DNA of 37,776 nucleotides from Mycoplasmatota bacterium (GTDB lineage: Bacteria; Bacillota_I; Bacilli_A; RF39; UBA660), in the NCBI GenBank assembly GCA_012727915.1, contig JAAYGD010000008.1:1-37776 (forward strand), in the 5' to 3' direction. This document shows, one piece after another, positions 37,630 through 37,776 of this stretch. Both the position numbers and the translations under genes were made by a program. Position 1 is the first letter of the stretch. Each line of letters starts with the position of its first letter. The notes under the pieces are model-generated. The model ran no database searches. It was not told the origin of the DNA and saw only the letters and a program-made list of their open reading frames with translations.

Positions 37630-37668
37630 TTGTTTTTAAATAATTAAAAACAATAAATATGATATAAT
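37630..37668 (+). promoter_or_regulatory. Palindromic operator plus extended -10 for the + strand MFS N-terminus
   Basis: TTGTTTTTAA-ataa-TTAAAAACAA (37630-37653) followed by TGATATAAT (37660-37668). Confidence 0.5.
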
Positions 37669-37690
37669 TTTTTGTTGAATAGGTGCTTAT

Positions 37691-37776
37691 ATGAAAGAAC
37701 AAACAAAAAGAAATATTAAATTACTTGGGATATTAAATTTATTTATGGATTTAAAGTTTTATGGTGCTTTTGCAAT
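37691..37776 (+). CDS. N-terminus of an MFS transporter (runs off the window end)
   Basis: AGGTG RBS, then MKEQTKRNIKLLGILNLFMDLKFYGAFA(I), which looks like TM1 of the same MFS subfamily as 36524-37612. Confidence 0.75.
   Translation, partial: MKEQTKRNIKLLGILNLFMDLKFYGAFA

Noticed and set aside
37613..37702. ORF-track N-terminal extension of the MFS gene (MFFHISTYSTKNY...)
   Set aside because: Non-ATG start without an RBS, it crosses the + strand promoter and start codon, and it does not resemble an MFS TM1; the + strand ORF at 37691 does.

Overview
Very AT-rich chromosomal segment from a genome-reduced but walled Firmicute (inference: uncultured Bacilli, RF39-like). TGA is read as stop (code 11), and mraY, murC, sepF and divIVA are present. 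It holds a sufC-sufD-sufS-sufU-sufB operon ending in an atypical DtxR/MntR-fold regulator, an ATPase-permease-ATPase type VII ABC cluster, mraY-murC-rubrerythrin, yidD with a His-less ZnuA-like lipoprotein, rnc, a BspA-type LRR protein, smc, def, nfo, rpmG, efp, mnmA and an XRE-HTH protein. An AT-rich gap follows with a convincing 28-bp dif site (25211-25238), exactly where gene orientation flips from mostly + to almost all -, so this is probably the replication terminus. Right of dif lie ileS (type 2, GIHH motif) with a DUF362 Fe-S gene between it and its Ile T-box, divIVA, sepF, fhs, prs, an IscU/NifU-like + GGGtGRT operon, and an MFS gene whose missing N-terminus sits inverted at the window end. 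Best candidates for new biology: (1) a DtxR-fold protein that lost its metal ligands, has four Cys and sits in a suf operon with a DtxR-like palindrome over the predicted start site (possible new Fe-S-sensing regulator); (2) the split, inverted MFS gene; (3) the IscU-like/GGGtGRT/small-protein operon; (4) the dif-proximal HTH gene and 54-bp repeat; (5) degenerate ligand pockets in MurC and the ZnuA-like protein. No CRISPR, tRNA, rRNA or transposase was seen. All calls come from reading motifs; no searches were run.
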